Origin: Rhodospirillaceae bacterium
Lineage (GTDB): Bacteria; Pseudomonadota; Alphaproteobacteria; UBA6615
DNA: 64,000 bases
Direction: 5' to 3'
NCBI GenBank assembly: GCA_018667335.1
Contig: JABIVD010000016.1
Coordinates: 3,683-67,682 of the forward strand
In this document: positions 48,546 to 58,884 of the stretch, piece by piece
How positions within the stretch are numbered: the stretch's first letter is position 1
Layout of the letters: each line of letters starts with the position of its first letter
Translations under genes and position numbers: made by a program
Notes under the pieces: generated by a model
What the model was told of the DNA's origin: nothing
The model's input: only the letters and a program-made list of their open reading frames with translations
Databases searched by the model: none

Positions 48546-49469
48546 CTACCAGACGGGCGGATCGATACCGTTTTGGCGGCACGCTGCCGTGACCGTATTG
48601 GCCAGCAGGCAGGCGATCGTCATGGGGCCGACCCCGCCGGGCACCGGCGTGATCGCGCCGGCGACCTCGATCGCAGATTCGAAATCCACATCGCCGACGA
48701 GGCGCATCTTGTTCGGATCGTCCTCGGTGGGTGCGGCGATCCGATTGATGCCCACGTCGATCACTGCGGCACCGGGTTTGATCCAGTCTCCCTGAACCAT
48801 CTGCGGTCGCCCAACGGCGGCCACCAGGATATCGGCCCGGCGGCACACATCGGCCAGATCCTTGGTGCGCGAGTGCGCAATCGTGACGGTACAGCTGGCC
48901 TGCGTCAGTAGCGCGGCCATAGGCTTGCCGACGATGTTCGAGCGGCCGAGCACGACCGCGTCGAGCCCGGACAGATCGCCCAGCCTGTCCTCGAGCATCA
49001 TGCGACAGCCCAGCGGCGTGCACGGGACCATTGCGGCATCGGGCCCCGTCATCTGGCCGGTCGCGAGACGCCCGGTGTTGATCACGTGGAAGCCGTCCAC
49101 GTCCTTGCCGGGGGCGATGGCGTCGATCACGGCGTTGGGGTCGATCTGGTTCGGGACCGGCAGCTGCACCAGAATGCCGTGGACCGCCGGGTCGTTGTTG
49201 AGCTGCTCGACCAGCGCCAGCAGCTCGGCCTGGCTGGTGGAATCGTCGAGGCGATGGTCGGTCGCGGTGATGCCCGCTTCGGCCGCGGCCTTGCCCTTGT
49301 TGCGCACATAGACCTGGCTCGCCGGATCGTCCCCGACCAGGACCACGGCCAGGCCCGGGGTCAGGCCATGGGCGTCCTTGATGCGGGTGACGTTCTCGCC
49401 GATGCGCCCGCGCAGGGCCTCGGCAAACCCCTTGCCGTCGATGATCTTGTCCGCGTGTGGATTGGTCAT
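48546..49469 (-). CDS. folD: Methylenetetrahydrofolate dehydrogenase/cyclohydrolase
   Basis: [34 protein letters not shown]. Confidence 0.97.
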   Translation of the reverse strand: MTNPHADKIIDGKGFAEALRGRIGENVTRIKDAHGLTPGLAVVLVGDDPASQVYVRNKGKAAAEAGITATDHRLDDSTSQAELLALVEQLNNDPAVHGILVQLPVPNQIDPNAVIDAIAPGKDVDGFHVINTGRLATGQMTGPDAAMVPCTPLGCRMMLEDRLGDLSGLDAVVLGRSNIVGKPMAALLTQASCTVTIAHSRTKDLADVCRRADILVAAVGRPQMVQGDWIKPGAAVIDVGINRIAAPTEDDPNKMRLVGDVDFESAIEVAGAITPVPGGVGPMTIACLLANTVTAACRQNGIDPPVW

Positions 49470-49505
49470 TTTGTCAGCTCTCCCCGGCCGGCGAGCCCGG
49501 CGCTT

Positions 49506-49826
49506 TCAATCGGCGTTATCAACCAACGCCTCTAGCATGGAGATGAGAGTCGGGCCATCGCCGGGAATGCGAACCAGCTTGTTGCGCCCGGTGGCGCCGG
49601 TGATCACCGACAGGGTGGATTTCGGAACGCCGAGCGCCTTGGCCAGAAGCGCGAGGACAGCCGCATTGGCCTTGCCGTCGGCGGGTGGCGCGGTCACAGA
49701 GACTTTGAGGACGGGTCCCGAGCCTGTGTCGAGAATGCCAATGATCGCGTTGCGTCGGGCGCGTGGCGTGACACGCAGCCGGAGGCGAACGGAGTCCTTA
49801 TCGATTTCCCAGGGTTGGTTTCCCAT
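49506..49826 (-). CDS. DUF167/YggU family protein
   Basis: LRVTPRA, PPADGKAN, GATGRNK. Confidence 0.9.
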   Translation of the reverse strand: MGNQPWEIDKDSVRLRLRVTPRARRNAIIGILDTGSGPVLKVSVTAPPADGKANAAVLALLAKALGVPKSTLSVITGATGRNKLVRIPGDGPTLISMLEALVDNAD

Positions 49827-49853
49827 GGTCTGTTGTCCACGGGGAGGGGGCGG

Positions 49854-50135
49854 TTAACGCAGCAGCAGTCCGGGGATGAATTGCTGCAGGAAGCCGAGGA
49901 TCAGGATGACGATCAGGGGCGACAGGTCGATGCCGCCGACCGATGGAATCACCCGCCGGATCGGGCGCAGCGCCGGATCGGTGATCCGGTAGAGGAAGTC
50001 GCCGATCTGATAGACGAGGCGGTTGGACGTGTTGATCACGTTGAACTGGACAAGCCAGGTCAGGACGATCGAGATGATCACGGCCCACATATAGAGGCCG
50101 ATGACCGTGCTGATGAGGTTGGCGATGGCGAGCAT
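49854..50135 (-). CDS. YggT family membrane protein
   Basis: ITDPALRPIRRVIP..GGIDLSP. Confidence 0.92.
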   Translation of the reverse strand: MLAIANLISTVIGLYMWAVIISIVLTWLVQFNVINTSNRLVYQIGDFLYRITDPALRPIRRVIPSVGGIDLSPLIVILILGFLQQFIPGLLLR

Positions 50136-50259
50136 GTTTTTCGATCCGCAGCTGCGAAAAATGCGCGTCAGAAACGCGTTGTGATAGCGGCTGCGAGACT
50201 AGCCAGCGCCCGTGCGCCTGTCCAGTAACGCGGCGGTTATGACCCCATGTGCGGATGAC

Positions 50260-50289
50260 TTGACAGGGACGGCGGCCCGCACCCATATT
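50260..50289 (+). promoter_or_regulatory. Putative sigma70 promoter for tRNA-Ala
   Basis: TTGACA (50260-50265), 18-nt spacer, CATATT (50284-50289), about 65 nt upstream of the tRNA. Confidence 0.55.
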
Positions 50290-50355
50290 CCCGCCGCGCT
50301 GCGGGACCCGCATTCGACGTCAGGGGGCCGCGCGCACGCCGTTTTCGGCATCGGT

Positions 50356-50431
50356 GGGGCCGTAGCTCAGTTGGGAGAGCGCTACGTTCGCAACGTAGAG
50401 GTCGTCGGTTCGATCCCGTCCGGCTCCACCA
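50356..50431 (+). tRNA. tRNA-Ala(CGC)
   Basis: 76-nt cloverleaf GGGGCCG...CGGCTCCACCA with the G3:U70 alanine identity pair; anticodon stem CTACG/CGTAG, loop TT-CGC-AA; TTCGA T-loop; encoded CCA. Confidence 0.97.
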
Positions 50432-50693
50432 AATTTTCCCGAACACCCAAAGTAGCCGAGCGCTGATCCGCATTGGCTTTCTCAGTATCCGCGCGGACCG
50501 GTGTGCACGGTCTGGCGATGCCTGCACGTTTTCGGGCTCGGAGACTCGCCCGCTTGCGCAACAATTGGGAGGTGATGATCGCCCAACCGCGCAACAGCCT
50601 GAGGGGCGGGTGAAACACTACTTGCGTGTTTATCAATGGGGAGGGTCATGTGACGCCTCACAAATCTGGCGCTAGCAGATGTCGAGGCCGTAC

Positions 50694-51059
50694 ATGACCA
50701 CACTGAAGGACTTCGTTAGAGACACGCTTTCGCAGATTGCAGAGGCGGTCGATGAGTTTGAGAGCAGTCAAACCGGCACCGACCAAAATGCCGCCACTGC
50801 TCGACCGGAAATAGCCACGGATCCGAGCGATGCTTCGAAATCTACTGCCGCTGCCGGCTTCCTCTACCTGGGATACCGTGAGGGGTATGCGACGATCGTG
50901 GACTTTGATGTTGCAGTCACAACCGAAGAGAACGAGGCGAAGAAGGCCGGAGGTGGAATCAAGGTGGTGCCGTTCCGCGTGGAGGGTGGTCTTGAATCCG
51001 GTGTTGCCAATACCTCGGTAAGCCGAGTGAGTTTCCGTCTCCCACTTAAGCTCACTTAA
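50694..51059 (+). CDS. Hypothetical protein (possibly trypco2-like)
   Basis: LKDFVRDTLSQI...VDFDVAVT...GGGIKVV...SRVSFRLPL pattern. Family call is tentative. Confidence 0.7.
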   Translation: MTTLKDFVRDTLSQIAEAVDEFESSQTGTDQNAATARPEIATDPSDASKSTAAAGFLYLGYREGYATIVDFDVAVTTEENEAKKAGGGIKVVPFRVEGGLESGVANTSVSRVSFRLPLKLT

Positions 51060-51140
51060 GGCTTCACAATCGGCCCCCCTCGACGGGACAACGGGACCGA
51101 ATTGCAGACCGTAGGACGGACCAATCGAAAGAGTGTAGCT

Positions 51141-51800
51141 ATGAAGAAGGAAACACTGCTGGCACCGGGAACCGCCATCTTGCTGCTCGCCTTGATAGGC
51201 GGAGCAATCCTGTTGGTGTTTGTTGTTGGTGGAGTTCTCGAGATCTTTGATGATCCTGAATCGCGAACTTCGGACGTCATTTACCGATATCAAACCTACC
51301 TGGCTGGTGCTGTAGCGGTGCCAGCTGCCGTGGTGACCGTGCTCGGAGTATATGCGGCTGCGAACATGCCTGTTGCAGCAGAGGAACAGCGGCGACGGCA
51401 GCAACGAATTCGAGACCAAAGAATCGGCGCGGCGGTTCTTGCTGGGGAAATAACAACCGCTATCGTTGAACTGATAAAAGTGAAAGCGGAGATTGAAGAC
51501 GCGGATGACCCAGCGGAATTTGCTTTTCCGCCGTTCCCTATTCCCGAACACCTTCGAAGTTTTGAGGTCATAGCGACACAGATCCCCGAAGTGGCCCATT
51601 TGACCGCAGTGTTTGTTTCGGACATGACGTTCAGATCTGCGCTCGAAGGGATATTTATCGGCAGAGATGATCCCGCCAAATCCATCAAACAAATTGACGA
51701 TGTAATTGCCCGAGCTCATGAGCTCGGACAGCTGCTTACCGATATTGTTGAGCCCGGCGCGGTTTTTCGGGGAGCGGCGATACTGACAGACATGGAATGA
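51141..51800 (+). CDS. Hypothetical membrane protein (2 N-terminal TMs plus helical region)
   Basis: Clean ORF in locally AT-richer DNA; no family recognised. Confidence 0.65.
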   Translation: MKKETLLAPGTAILLLALIGGAILLVFVVGGVLEIFDDPESRTSDVIYRYQTYLAGAVAVPAAVVTVLGVYAAANMPVAAEEQRRRQQRIRDQRIGAAVLAGEITTAIVELIKVKAEIEDADDPAEFAFPPFPIPEHLRSFEVIATQIPEVAHLTAVFVSDMTFRSALEGIFIGRDDPAKSIKQIDDVIARAHELGQLLTDIVEPGAVFRGAAILTDME

Positions 51801-52134
51801 AGCGAGAGCCTCGCCGGCTGGCAGGTGTCCGCCCGCTTGCGCTTTGCTAGGGCGTGCGGAGACCTGGCGGTTGGGGCTGGTCGGCCTCGGCGCGCGTCAA
51901 CCTGCCAAGGCGGTTTTCACCGCTGTGCGGCGGACCCTCCGTCTTTCGGCTGACCCTCGCCTCCACCGAAGAGCGACGAACGCGCAGCCGAGATCGTGCC
52001 TGATTTTTGCGCGGGCATGATATAGGAAGCCAATAATTGACGGGGCAGTCGCGCAATTGACCGTGGCGACATGTGTCTGCAAAACGAATGGTTCGTAGTA
52101 CAGCGCACCCATCCGGCATTTTGATCGAGATAAC

Positions 52135-54324
52135 ATGACAGAATTCGAAGGCGTTGTTCCGCCGCTTCAGCAGGCTTTGACCCAACGGGGCTACACCGAG
52201 TTGACCCCGGTGCAAACCGCGATCCTGGCCCTCGACAACAAGAACGCCGACGCCCTGGTTTCCGCGCAGACGGGGTCCGGCAAGACCGTGGCTTTTGGGC
52301 TGGCGCTGGCGCCGACCCTGCTGGATGGTGCGGACCGTTTTGTCCGTGCAGACGCGCCCCTGGCTCTGGCGGTCGCGCCGACGCGCGAACTGGCCCTGCA
52401 GGTGCGCCGCGAACTCGAATGGCTTTATGCGCCGACGGGAGCGGCCTTCGCCTCCTGCGTCGGCGGCATGGATGCGCGCGCCGAACGCATGGCGCTGCAG
52501 CGCGGTGCACACATCGTGGTCGGCACGCCGGGACGGTTGCGCGATCACATCGAGCGCGGTTCGTTCAACACGACGGGGCTCAGGGCCGTGGTGCTCGACG
52601 AAGCCGACGAGATGCTCGATCTGGGCTTTCGTGACGACCTCGAGTTCATTCTCGATGCGGCGCCCAAAGACCGGCGCACATTGTTGTTCTCCGCCACCGT
52701 GCCGCGCACCATCGCCAATCTCGCCAAGCGCTACCAGCGCGATGCGGTGCGGGTCTCGACATCGGCGGAGCAAAGCCAACATGTCGATATTGACTACCGT
52801 GCCCTCACGGTCGCACCCAACGACACCGAAAACGCCATCGTCAATGTGTTGCGCTATTTCGATGCGAAGAATGCACTCGTCTTTTGCGGCACGCGTGCGA
52901 CCGTCAACCGGATGACCAGCCGCTTTGCCAATCGCGGGTTCTCGGCGGTGGCGTTGTCGGGTGAGCTCAGCCAGAACGAGCGCACCCATGCCTTGCAGGC
53001 GCTCCGCGATGGGCGCGCGCGGGTGTGTATCGCCACCGATGTGGCGGCACGCGGACTGGATCTGCCGAATTTGGAACTGGTGATCCACGCTGACCTTCCG
53101 AAGAACCGCGAATCCCTGCTCCACCGAAGTGGGCGAACCGGGCGTGCGGGCCGCAAGGGCGTGTGCGCGTTGATCGTGCCTCACAATATGCGCCGTCGGA
53201 CCGAGCGGTTGTTGCACAGTGCCAACGTAGAGGCGACATGGGCCAATCCGCCATCCGCCCATGAAATTATGGCGCGTGACCGGGAGCGTATTTTCAGTGA
53301 CCCGGCCCTCAGTGAGCCGCTCAGCGACGAGGAACGCGCCTTCGCACAAAAACTCTTGTCCCAACACGATGCCGAGCATGTCGCCGCCGCGTTCCTGCGC
53401 CGTCATCTCGAAGACCAGACGGCGCCGGAAGAGCTGCTCGATGCGGCCCCGACGGAATCGCACAGAGACCAGCCGCGCAAGGATCGCCGGGACAACTTCA
53501 AGGACAGCGTTTGGTTCACGCTCTCGGTCGGGCGCAACGAGCAGGCCGAGGCGCGTTGGCTGATGCCGATGTTGTGCCGCGCCGGCCATCTGACCAAACA
53601 GGATATTGGGGCGATCCGCATCCAGCACAGCGAGACCCATGTCGAGATTGCGGCGGGTTCCGTGGATCGATTCCTCGAGGGGATCGGCCCCAGCGGCAAG
53701 GTCGAAAAAAACATTGTCGTGACCCGGCGGGAAAACGACCCCACGGCCGGTGATTCCCGTGAGTCGAACGACAAACCCTATTCGGAAAAGAAGCCGTATA
53801 GCGCCAGACCACGCAGCGAGCACGCCGCCGGTGCGTCGCGGGATTCCGGTGACAAACCGTATTCGAAGAAGAAGCCCTACACCGCCAGACCGCGCGATGA
53901 GCAGGCCGCCGGCGCGTCGCGTGATTCCAGCGACAAACCCTATTCGAAGAAGAAGCCCTACAGCGCCAAACCGCGAAGCGAGCAGGGCTCCGGTGCGCCG
54001 CGTGATTTCGGCGACAAGCCCTATTCGAAGAAGAAGCCCTATAGTCCCAAGCCGCGCGACGAGCAGGCCAACCAGGGTGGGAAGCGCCATTTTGATCCGG
54101 CATCCGGCACGCCGGCGGGCGACGAGAAAATGCCCTGGGAACAGGAAGAGAAGAAGCCCTGGGTGAAGAAGGGCAAAAAGTCGCCGAAGAAAGCCGCAGC
54201 CAAGAAACCCAAAAAGGGGAAACTCGGCCTCAAGGCACCAAAAATGAGCGCGAAAGCCCGGGCGGCGATTCAGTCCGGCCACGCGCCGATGAAGCGGAAG
54301 AAACCGAAACGAGACCGCGTCTAG
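52135..54324 (+). CDS. DEAD-box RNA helicase (DeaD/CsdA-like) with DbpA-type RNA-binding domain and repetitive basic tail
   Basis: Q motif, AQTGSGKT, PTRELA, TPGR, DEAD, SAT, ARGLD, HRSGRTGR; WFTLSVGR..IGAIRI domain. Confidence 0.95.
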   Translation: MTEFEGVVPPLQQALTQRGYTELTPVQTAILALDNKNADALVSAQTGSGKTVAFGLALAPTLLDGADRFVRADAPLALAVAPTRELALQVRRELEWLYAPTGAAFASCVGGMDARAERMALQRGAHIVVGTPGRLRDHIERGSFNTTGLRAVVLDEADEMLDLGFRDDLEFILDAAPKDRRTLLFSATVPRTIANLAKRYQRDAVRVSTSAEQSQHVDIDYRALTVAPNDTENAIVNVLRYFDAKNALVFCGTRATVNRMTSRFANRGFSAVALSGELSQNERTHALQALRDGRARVCIATDVAARGLDLPNLELVIHADLPKNRESLLHRSGRTGRAGRKGVCALIVPHNMRRRTERLLHSANVEATWANPPSAHEIMARDRERIFSDPALSEPLSDEERAFAQKLLSQHDAEHVAAAFLRRHLEDQTAPEELLDAAPTESHRDQPRKDRRDNFKDSVWFTLSVGRNEQAEARWLMPMLCRAGHLTKQDIGAIRIQHSETHVEIAAGSVDRFLEGIGPSGKVEKNIVVTRRENDPTAGDSRESNDKPYSEKKPYSARPRSEHAAGASRDSGDKPYSKKKPYTARPRDEQAAGASRDSSDKPYSKKKPYSAKPRSEQGSGAPRDFGDKPYSKKKPYSPKPRDEQANQGGKRHFDPASGTPAGDEKMPWEQEEKKPWVKKGKKSPKKAAAKKPKKGKLGLKAPKMSAKARAAIQSGHAPMKRKKPKRDRV
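53755..54069 (+). repeat. 81-bp (27-aa) coding tandem repeat, about 4 copies
   Basis: GACAA(A/G)CC(C/G)TATTCG at 53770, 53851, 53932 and 54013; unit approximates RDSxDKPYSKKKPYxA(R/K)PRxEQAAGAS. Confidence 0.92.
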
Positions 54325-54344
54325 GCATTCGTCGAGCTGACGCC

Positions 54345-54369
54345 TGGGCGGGTGATTCCGCCCATCTTT
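54345..54369 (+). terminator. Possible terminator after the helicase
   Basis: TGGGCGG-gtgatt-CCGCCCA followed by TCTTT. Confidence 0.45.
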
Positions 54370-54406
54370 GCCGCGAATCCCCAGGCGGTCACAATGCCCC
54401 TACCCA

Positions 54407-54456
54407 ACGTCTGGTCCCCGCGCGCGGGCCGGTTTCGGCATCGGTGAGGCCGAAGC
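54407..54456 (+). repeat. Diverged direct repeat of the tRNA-Ala leader and 5' end (50317-50366)
   Basis: Ungapped alignment at offset 4090: 34/39 identical over 54418-54456, 41/50 overall. Confidence 0.8.
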
Positions 54457-54476
54457 AACGTTCTCTCTCGGCTTGA

Positions 54477-54842
54477 TCAGAACGCGGCGTTCCATTGCTC
54501 GGTATCCACGAACCATCGTTCTTCGTGGATCTTTCCCTCTGTGAACTTGAACAAAACCGCAAGCTGGCTGCCTCCGGGGACCTTGTCGCTCTTCCATTCG
54601 ACGACAGAGACAATTTCTCCGGTTTCCCCGATTTCGCGGATGGCGGAAATGTCGAACCCCGGCGGCAATGCCGCGCCGATGTTTTCCAGCGCCCCCCGAA
54701 ACGCAGCCTTGCCTTTCAATACATCGTCCTGCCCGGGCATCACGAAGATCATGTCTTCGGTGTAATCAGCGATCAGCGTATCCCAGTCCCCCTGTGCGAC
54801 CGCTTCCCAGCCTCGTTTCACAACATCTGCATCGGTTCCCAT
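54477..54842 (-). CDS. SnoaL-like / NTF2 family protein
   Basis: WEAVAQGDWDTLIADYTED...FTEGKIHEERWFVDT. Confidence 0.85.
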   Translation of the reverse strand: MGTDADVVKRGWEAVAQGDWDTLIADYTEDMIFVMPGQDDVLKGKAAFRGALENIGAALPPGFDISAIREIGETGEIVSVVEWKSDKVPGGSQLAVLFKFTEGKIHEERWFVDTEQWNAAF

Positions 54843-55187
54843 TTTTCGCTCCTATTTTTTGTAGCCAGAAATTTGCAAATACTAGCGAACGGGAGGTCAA
54901 GCTGAACGGTCCACGAGAAGTATCAGGTGGATTGTCGGTCTGCTTGCATGTCCTGCCGCCAGAAAACCCAGGTCCCCAAGAGTTGAACACCGTTTCTATC
55001 CCGGTCCAAGTGGTCACGTAACCGTGTCGGTGTCCTGGCTTCACAGGTTTGTTGCCCGCCGTGCTTAACAAACAATGATACAATCGTAACAGGACGTGAT
55101 GCATCGGCGTTGGGGACATGAATGTCGATGCGCGCAAATCGCAACAGGTTTGTCGGTCGTGAGGCCGGCAAGCGATGAGGGTGAAAT

Positions 55188-55874
55188 ATGGGACTGTTCG
55201 GTAAAATATTTGGTGGTGGTGCTTCGCCGGAGAACAAGGTGGAAACACCCACTGCTCCGGATTCCGACGCTTCTGATGATCAGGCCTGGGAGGGTGTTTC
55301 CGGGCAAAATCAAATGGCGTGCCCGATTCCGTTCGTGGAAGAGGACCAGGCAACCGGTGAAATCGCCGAGATCTACGATTCCTTGAAGAAGGCCATGCAG
55401 GTCCCCGAGGTCCCGAACATGAACAAGGTGCTCGCGCAATCGCCGCAGGCACTGAAGGCCACCGTGGCCATGCTTGGTGAGCTGTTTATGGGGTCGAGCT
55501 TGCCGCAGCCGATTGTCTCGATGCTGCTTTACTCGATTTCGCTGGCGCGCCGATGCCAGTACTGCAGTTCGATGCATCGTCTGACGTGCCGGATGGTGGG
55601 GGTCGACGAGACGATGCTTTCTGCGGTGGGAAACAATCTCGGTTCGGTTACGCCGGAGCGGGTGCAAGCGATCGTTGCGTTCGGTATCAAGGCGGCGATG
55701 TCGTCGGCCGACCTTACGGAGGCTGACTACGACAAGCTGCGGGATATGGGGATCAGCGATTCGGAAATCGTCGAGATCGTCGCGCTTTCGGGGTTGGGCG
55801 TGTATCTCGACATCGTTGCGGAGTCTTTGAAGATCGAGGTCGACGTGATGGTCAAGCAGGGTTTGGCCGCCTAA
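55188..55874 (+). CDS. AhpD/carboxymuconolactone decarboxylase-like (peroxidase-related) protein
   Basis: VPNMNKVLAQSP, CQYCSSMH, LRDMGISDSEIVEIV. Alternative start at 55314. Confidence 0.85.
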   Translation: MGLFGKIFGGGASPENKVETPTAPDSDASDDQAWEGVSGQNQMACPIPFVEEDQATGEIAEIYDSLKKAMQVPEVPNMNKVLAQSPQALKATVAMLGELFMGSSLPQPIVSMLLYSISLARRCQYCSSMHRLTCRMVGVDETMLSAVGNNLGSVTPERVQAIVAFGIKAAMSSADLTEADYDKLRDMGISDSEIVEIVALSGLGVYLDIVAESLKIEVDVMVKQGLAA

Positions 55875-55887
55875 CGGCTCAGCGAAT

Positions 55888-58500
55888 ATGGTCGATTCCG
55901 AAACTCAGGCACCGGACTCTACGAAAGAAGGCTGGCAGGCTCAGGCCACGCGGTATGCCTTGCTGTTCGACATTGTGCTTCTGATTGCACGGTCGGAGAA
56001 TTTTGAAGACCTGCTTTCCCAGGCCGTGGGTCGCGTCAAATGGGTTTTCGATTTCGAACGCTGCACTTTGGCGTTACGCAATCCCGATGAAGAAACCTAC
56101 GACTTCAGGACATTGCTCGACACGCGACGCGGGAGCGAATTGTTCTCAGTAGGCGATGTGCCCTTGTCACAAGGGCTCTCGGGGGAGGTCATGTCGTCCG
56201 GGCAGATGAAGTTGTTCACTGACAAATCTGCTGCGGCGGACGGAATTGCGTCAGCGCTCGACCCCGCCCTCGCGAATGGCGAGATGGGCTCCGTCCTGGC
56301 CTTGCCGCTCGAGGCCTATGGCCAGGTGCTGGGCTGCATGACATTCGGGGCGACACGCGAAAACTGCTTCAGCGATGAGGACGTCAAGATTGCTGTTCAG
56401 TTCGCGACCCACCTGGGACTCGCGATCGATCGCTGGCGACAAACCGATGCACTGCAGGGCGAGGTTTCCGAACGGCGCCGTGCGGAGTCGGAACTGGCCG
56501 CGTTGATCGAGGAACTCCAGACCGCCAACGTCGACGTCGAGGCGGCACGCACGCAGCTATACGACGCAATCGAGGCGATCTCCGAGGGTTTCGCATTGTT
56601 CGACACCGAGGACCGCTTCGTTTTGTCGAACAGCGTCTACAAGGAGTATTTCCGGGGCGTCACGGACAAGATCGAGCCGGGCGCGCCGTGGGCCGAATTT
56701 TTCCGCACCGGGCTGAAGCGTGGCGTTATTGAAAGAACCGCCGACACCATCGAGGCCGAAATCGAAGAGACGAAGGTCATCCGTCACGGCGGACGTTCCC
56801 TTGAACGTCAATTGGGTGAGGGCCGCTGGCTGCGTGTCGGTCACCGCCCCACCGAGACCGGCGGTCTGGTGACGGTCTACACCGACATCACGGAGCTAAA
56901 GGAGCGCGAGCGCCAGCTCGGTGAGCTCGTGGATTCACTTGCCGGTGCGCGTGACGAGGCGATGGAAGCGACGCGTACGAAATCGCAGTTCCTCGCCAAC
57001 ATGAGCCACGAACTTCGTACGCCGTTGAATGCAGTCATCGGAATTGCCGAGATGCTTCAGGAAGAGGCAGTCGATGACGGTCTCAAGGATTTTGTCGAGC
57101 CGTTGGAGCGCATCAACAAGGCCGGCATACATCTCCTGAACCTGATCAACGAGATACTCGATCTTTCAAAGATCGAGGCGGGGCGGGTCGAGTTCGAGAC
57201 CGGAAATATCGAAGTGGACGCGCTCGTTGGTGAAGTGGCGACCATGGTGCAGTCACTCGCCGACCAAAACTCGAACACGCTCATGGTCGATTGTGCGGAC
57301 GACGCCGGCGCGATCCATGGCGATCCGACGCGGGTGCGACAGGTCGTCTTTAACCTGTTGTCCAACGCGTGCAAGTTTACGGAAAATGGAAAGGTAAACC
57401 TGAGGGTCCGGCGCCAGGCGGGTGATGCCGGCGAGATGATCAACTTCGAAGTCTCCGACACGGGAATCGGTATTTCCGAGCAGCAGGTGGAGCGACTTTT
57501 CCAGGAATTCAGTCAGGCCGACGCTTCGACCACGCGCAAGTATGGGGGCACGGGACTGGGGCTCGCGATCAGCCAGCGCCTCTGCCGCTTGATGGGCGGC
57601 GACGTCACGGTCGAGAGCGAACTCGGCAAGGGCACAACGTTCACGGCCTGTATTCCCGTTCATGTTGCGGGTACGTCCAGCGCGGATCTTGATGACGTTC
57701 ATCGGGATCACAGCGCGACGACGGACCAGGCGCCGAGGGGAAACCTGGTGCTCGTGATCGATGACGATCCCACGGTCAGGGATTTGATGCGTCGGCATCT
57801 GGAACACGACGGAGCCGAGGTCATCACGGCCGACGGTGGCGTCGAGGGACTCAGGCTTGCGCGCGAACGGCTCCCGTCTGTGATCACGCTCGACGTATTG
57901 ATGCCGGACATGGACGGTTGGCGGGTGTTGCGCGAACTCAAGGCCGACAAGGATTTGGCGCTTATTCCGGTCGTCATGGTCACGATGCTGGACGACAAAA
58001 ACAAGGGATACGCCCTGGGTGTGTCCGACTACCTGAACAAGCCTGTCTCGCGCGAACAACTACGCAGCATGGTCGAACGGTTCCTGGTCAACTCGGCCGG
58101 CGCACATGTGCTTGTGGTCGAAGACGACGAGACGGCACGCACCATGATGCGGCGCATACTGGTCAGTGAAGGGTGCCTGGTTTCCGAGGCGGTGAATGGC
58201 AGGCGTGCCCTCGAGCGGGTTTCAGATGAACGCCCGGATCTGATTCTGCTCGACCTGATGATGCCAGAAATGAATGGTTTCGAATTCCTCCAGGAGTTGC
58301 GAGCCAATCCTGAAACGATCGACATCCCGGTCATCGTCGTGACGGCGGCCGACCTGACCGAGGCGGACAGGTTGCGGCTCAACGGCGGTGTTGAGCAGGT
58401 GCTGCAGAAGAGCGAGTTCGATCGCGAGAAACTATTGGACGAAGTGCGCAGGCAGGTTGCGCGCGTGACGGATCGGGTTCCACCCGAGGGGGACGGGTAA
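55888..58500 (+). CDS. Cytoplasmic hybrid histidine kinase GAF-PAS-HisKA-HATPase-REC-REC
   Basis: GAF, PAS-like region, [30 protein letters not shown], and two REC domains (DVLMP, DLMMP). No obvious TM segments. Confidence 0.93.
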   Translation: MVDSETQAPDSTKEGWQAQATRYALLFDIVLLIARSENFEDLLSQAVGRVKWVFDFERCTLALRNPDEETYDFRTLLDTRRGSELFSVGDVPLSQGLSGEVMSSGQMKLFTDKSAAADGIASALDPALANGEMGSVLALPLEAYGQVLGCMTFGATRENCFSDEDVKIAVQFATHLGLAIDRWRQTDALQGEVSERRRAESELAALIEELQTANVDVEAARTQLYDAIEAISEGFALFDTEDRFVLSNSVYKEYFRGVTDKIEPGAPWAEFFRTGLKRGVIERTADTIEAEIEETKVIRHGGRSLERQLGEGRWLRVGHRPTETGGLVTVYTDITELKERERQLGELVDSLAGARDEAMEATRTKSQFLANMSHELRTPLNAVIGIAEMLQEEAVDDGLKDFVEPLERINKAGIHLLNLINEILDLSKIEAGRVEFETGNIEVDALVGEVATMVQSLADQNSNTLMVDCADDAGAIHGDPTRVRQVVFNLLSNACKFTENGKVNLRVRRQAGDAGEMINFEVSDTGIGISEQQVERLFQEFSQADASTTRKYGGTGLGLAISQRLCRLMGGDVTVESELGKGTTFTACIPVHVAGTSSADLDDVHRDHSATTDQAPRGNLVLVIDDDPTVRDLMRRHLEHDGAEVITADGGVEGLRLARERLPSVITLDVLMPDMDGWRVLRELKADKDLALIPVVMVTMLDDKNKGYALGVSDYLNKPVSREQLRSMVERFLVNSAGAHVLVVEDDETARTMMRRILVSEGCLVSEAVNGRRALERVSDERPDLILLDLMMPEMNGFEFLQELRANPETIDIPVIVVTAADLTEADRLRLNGGVEQVLQKSEFDREKLLDEVRRQVARVTDRVPPEGDG

Positions 58501-58506
58501 GTCGAT

Positions 58507-58884
58507 ATGAGAAAAATTTTGTACGTCGAAGACAATTCCGACAACGTGTTCATGATGACCCGTCGACTGGCCCGGAAAGGATTCATGGTCGTCGCCGTAG
58601 GCGATGGCGCGCAGGGAGTTGCGATAGCGGCCGCGGTATCGCCGAGCCTGATCCTGATGGATTTGTCGTTGCCTGTCATGGACGGTTGGGAAGCAACCCG
58701 GCAACTGAAGGCAGCGCCCGAAACGAGCCATATACCGGTGGTTGCTCTGTCGGCTCACGCCATGACGGGTGATCGCGAACGGGCATTGGCAGCCGGCTGC
58801 GACGAATACGAGACGAAGCCGGTCGATCTGCCGCGCCTGCTGGGGAAAATCGAGGCGCTGATCGGGACGGAATCCGTAGAATGA
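58507..58884 (+). CDS. Single-domain response regulator (DivK-like)
   Basis: ILYVEDN, LMDLSLPVMDG, ALSAHAM, TKP. Confidence 0.92.
   Translation: MRKILYVEDNSDNVFMMTRRLARKGFMVVAVGDGAQGVAIAAAVSPSLILMDLSLPVMDGWEATRQLKAAPETSHIPVVALSAHAMTGDRERALAAGCDEYETKPVDLPRLLGKIEALIGTESVE

Noticed and set aside
50649..50662. TGTGA-cgcc-TCACA palindrome as a CRP site
   Set aside because: The spacer is 4 nt, not the 6 nt of the CRP consensus; it may bind another factor but I cannot support a call.
50658..51719. 353-aa minus-strand ORF in the island
   Set aside because: Antisense to two plus-strand ORFs that look more protein-like.
51944..51968. CTCCACC as a tRNA 3'-end attR
   Set aside because: Only about 7 nt of identity, expected by chance.
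53755..54069. Regular repeats as a possible CRISPR array
   Set aside because: In-frame coding repeats with similar intervening sequence, no unique spacers and no cas genes.
51847..54282. 811-aa minus-strand ORF with repeats
   Set aside because: Antisense to the DEAD-box helicase; its repeats just mirror the 81-bp coding repeat.
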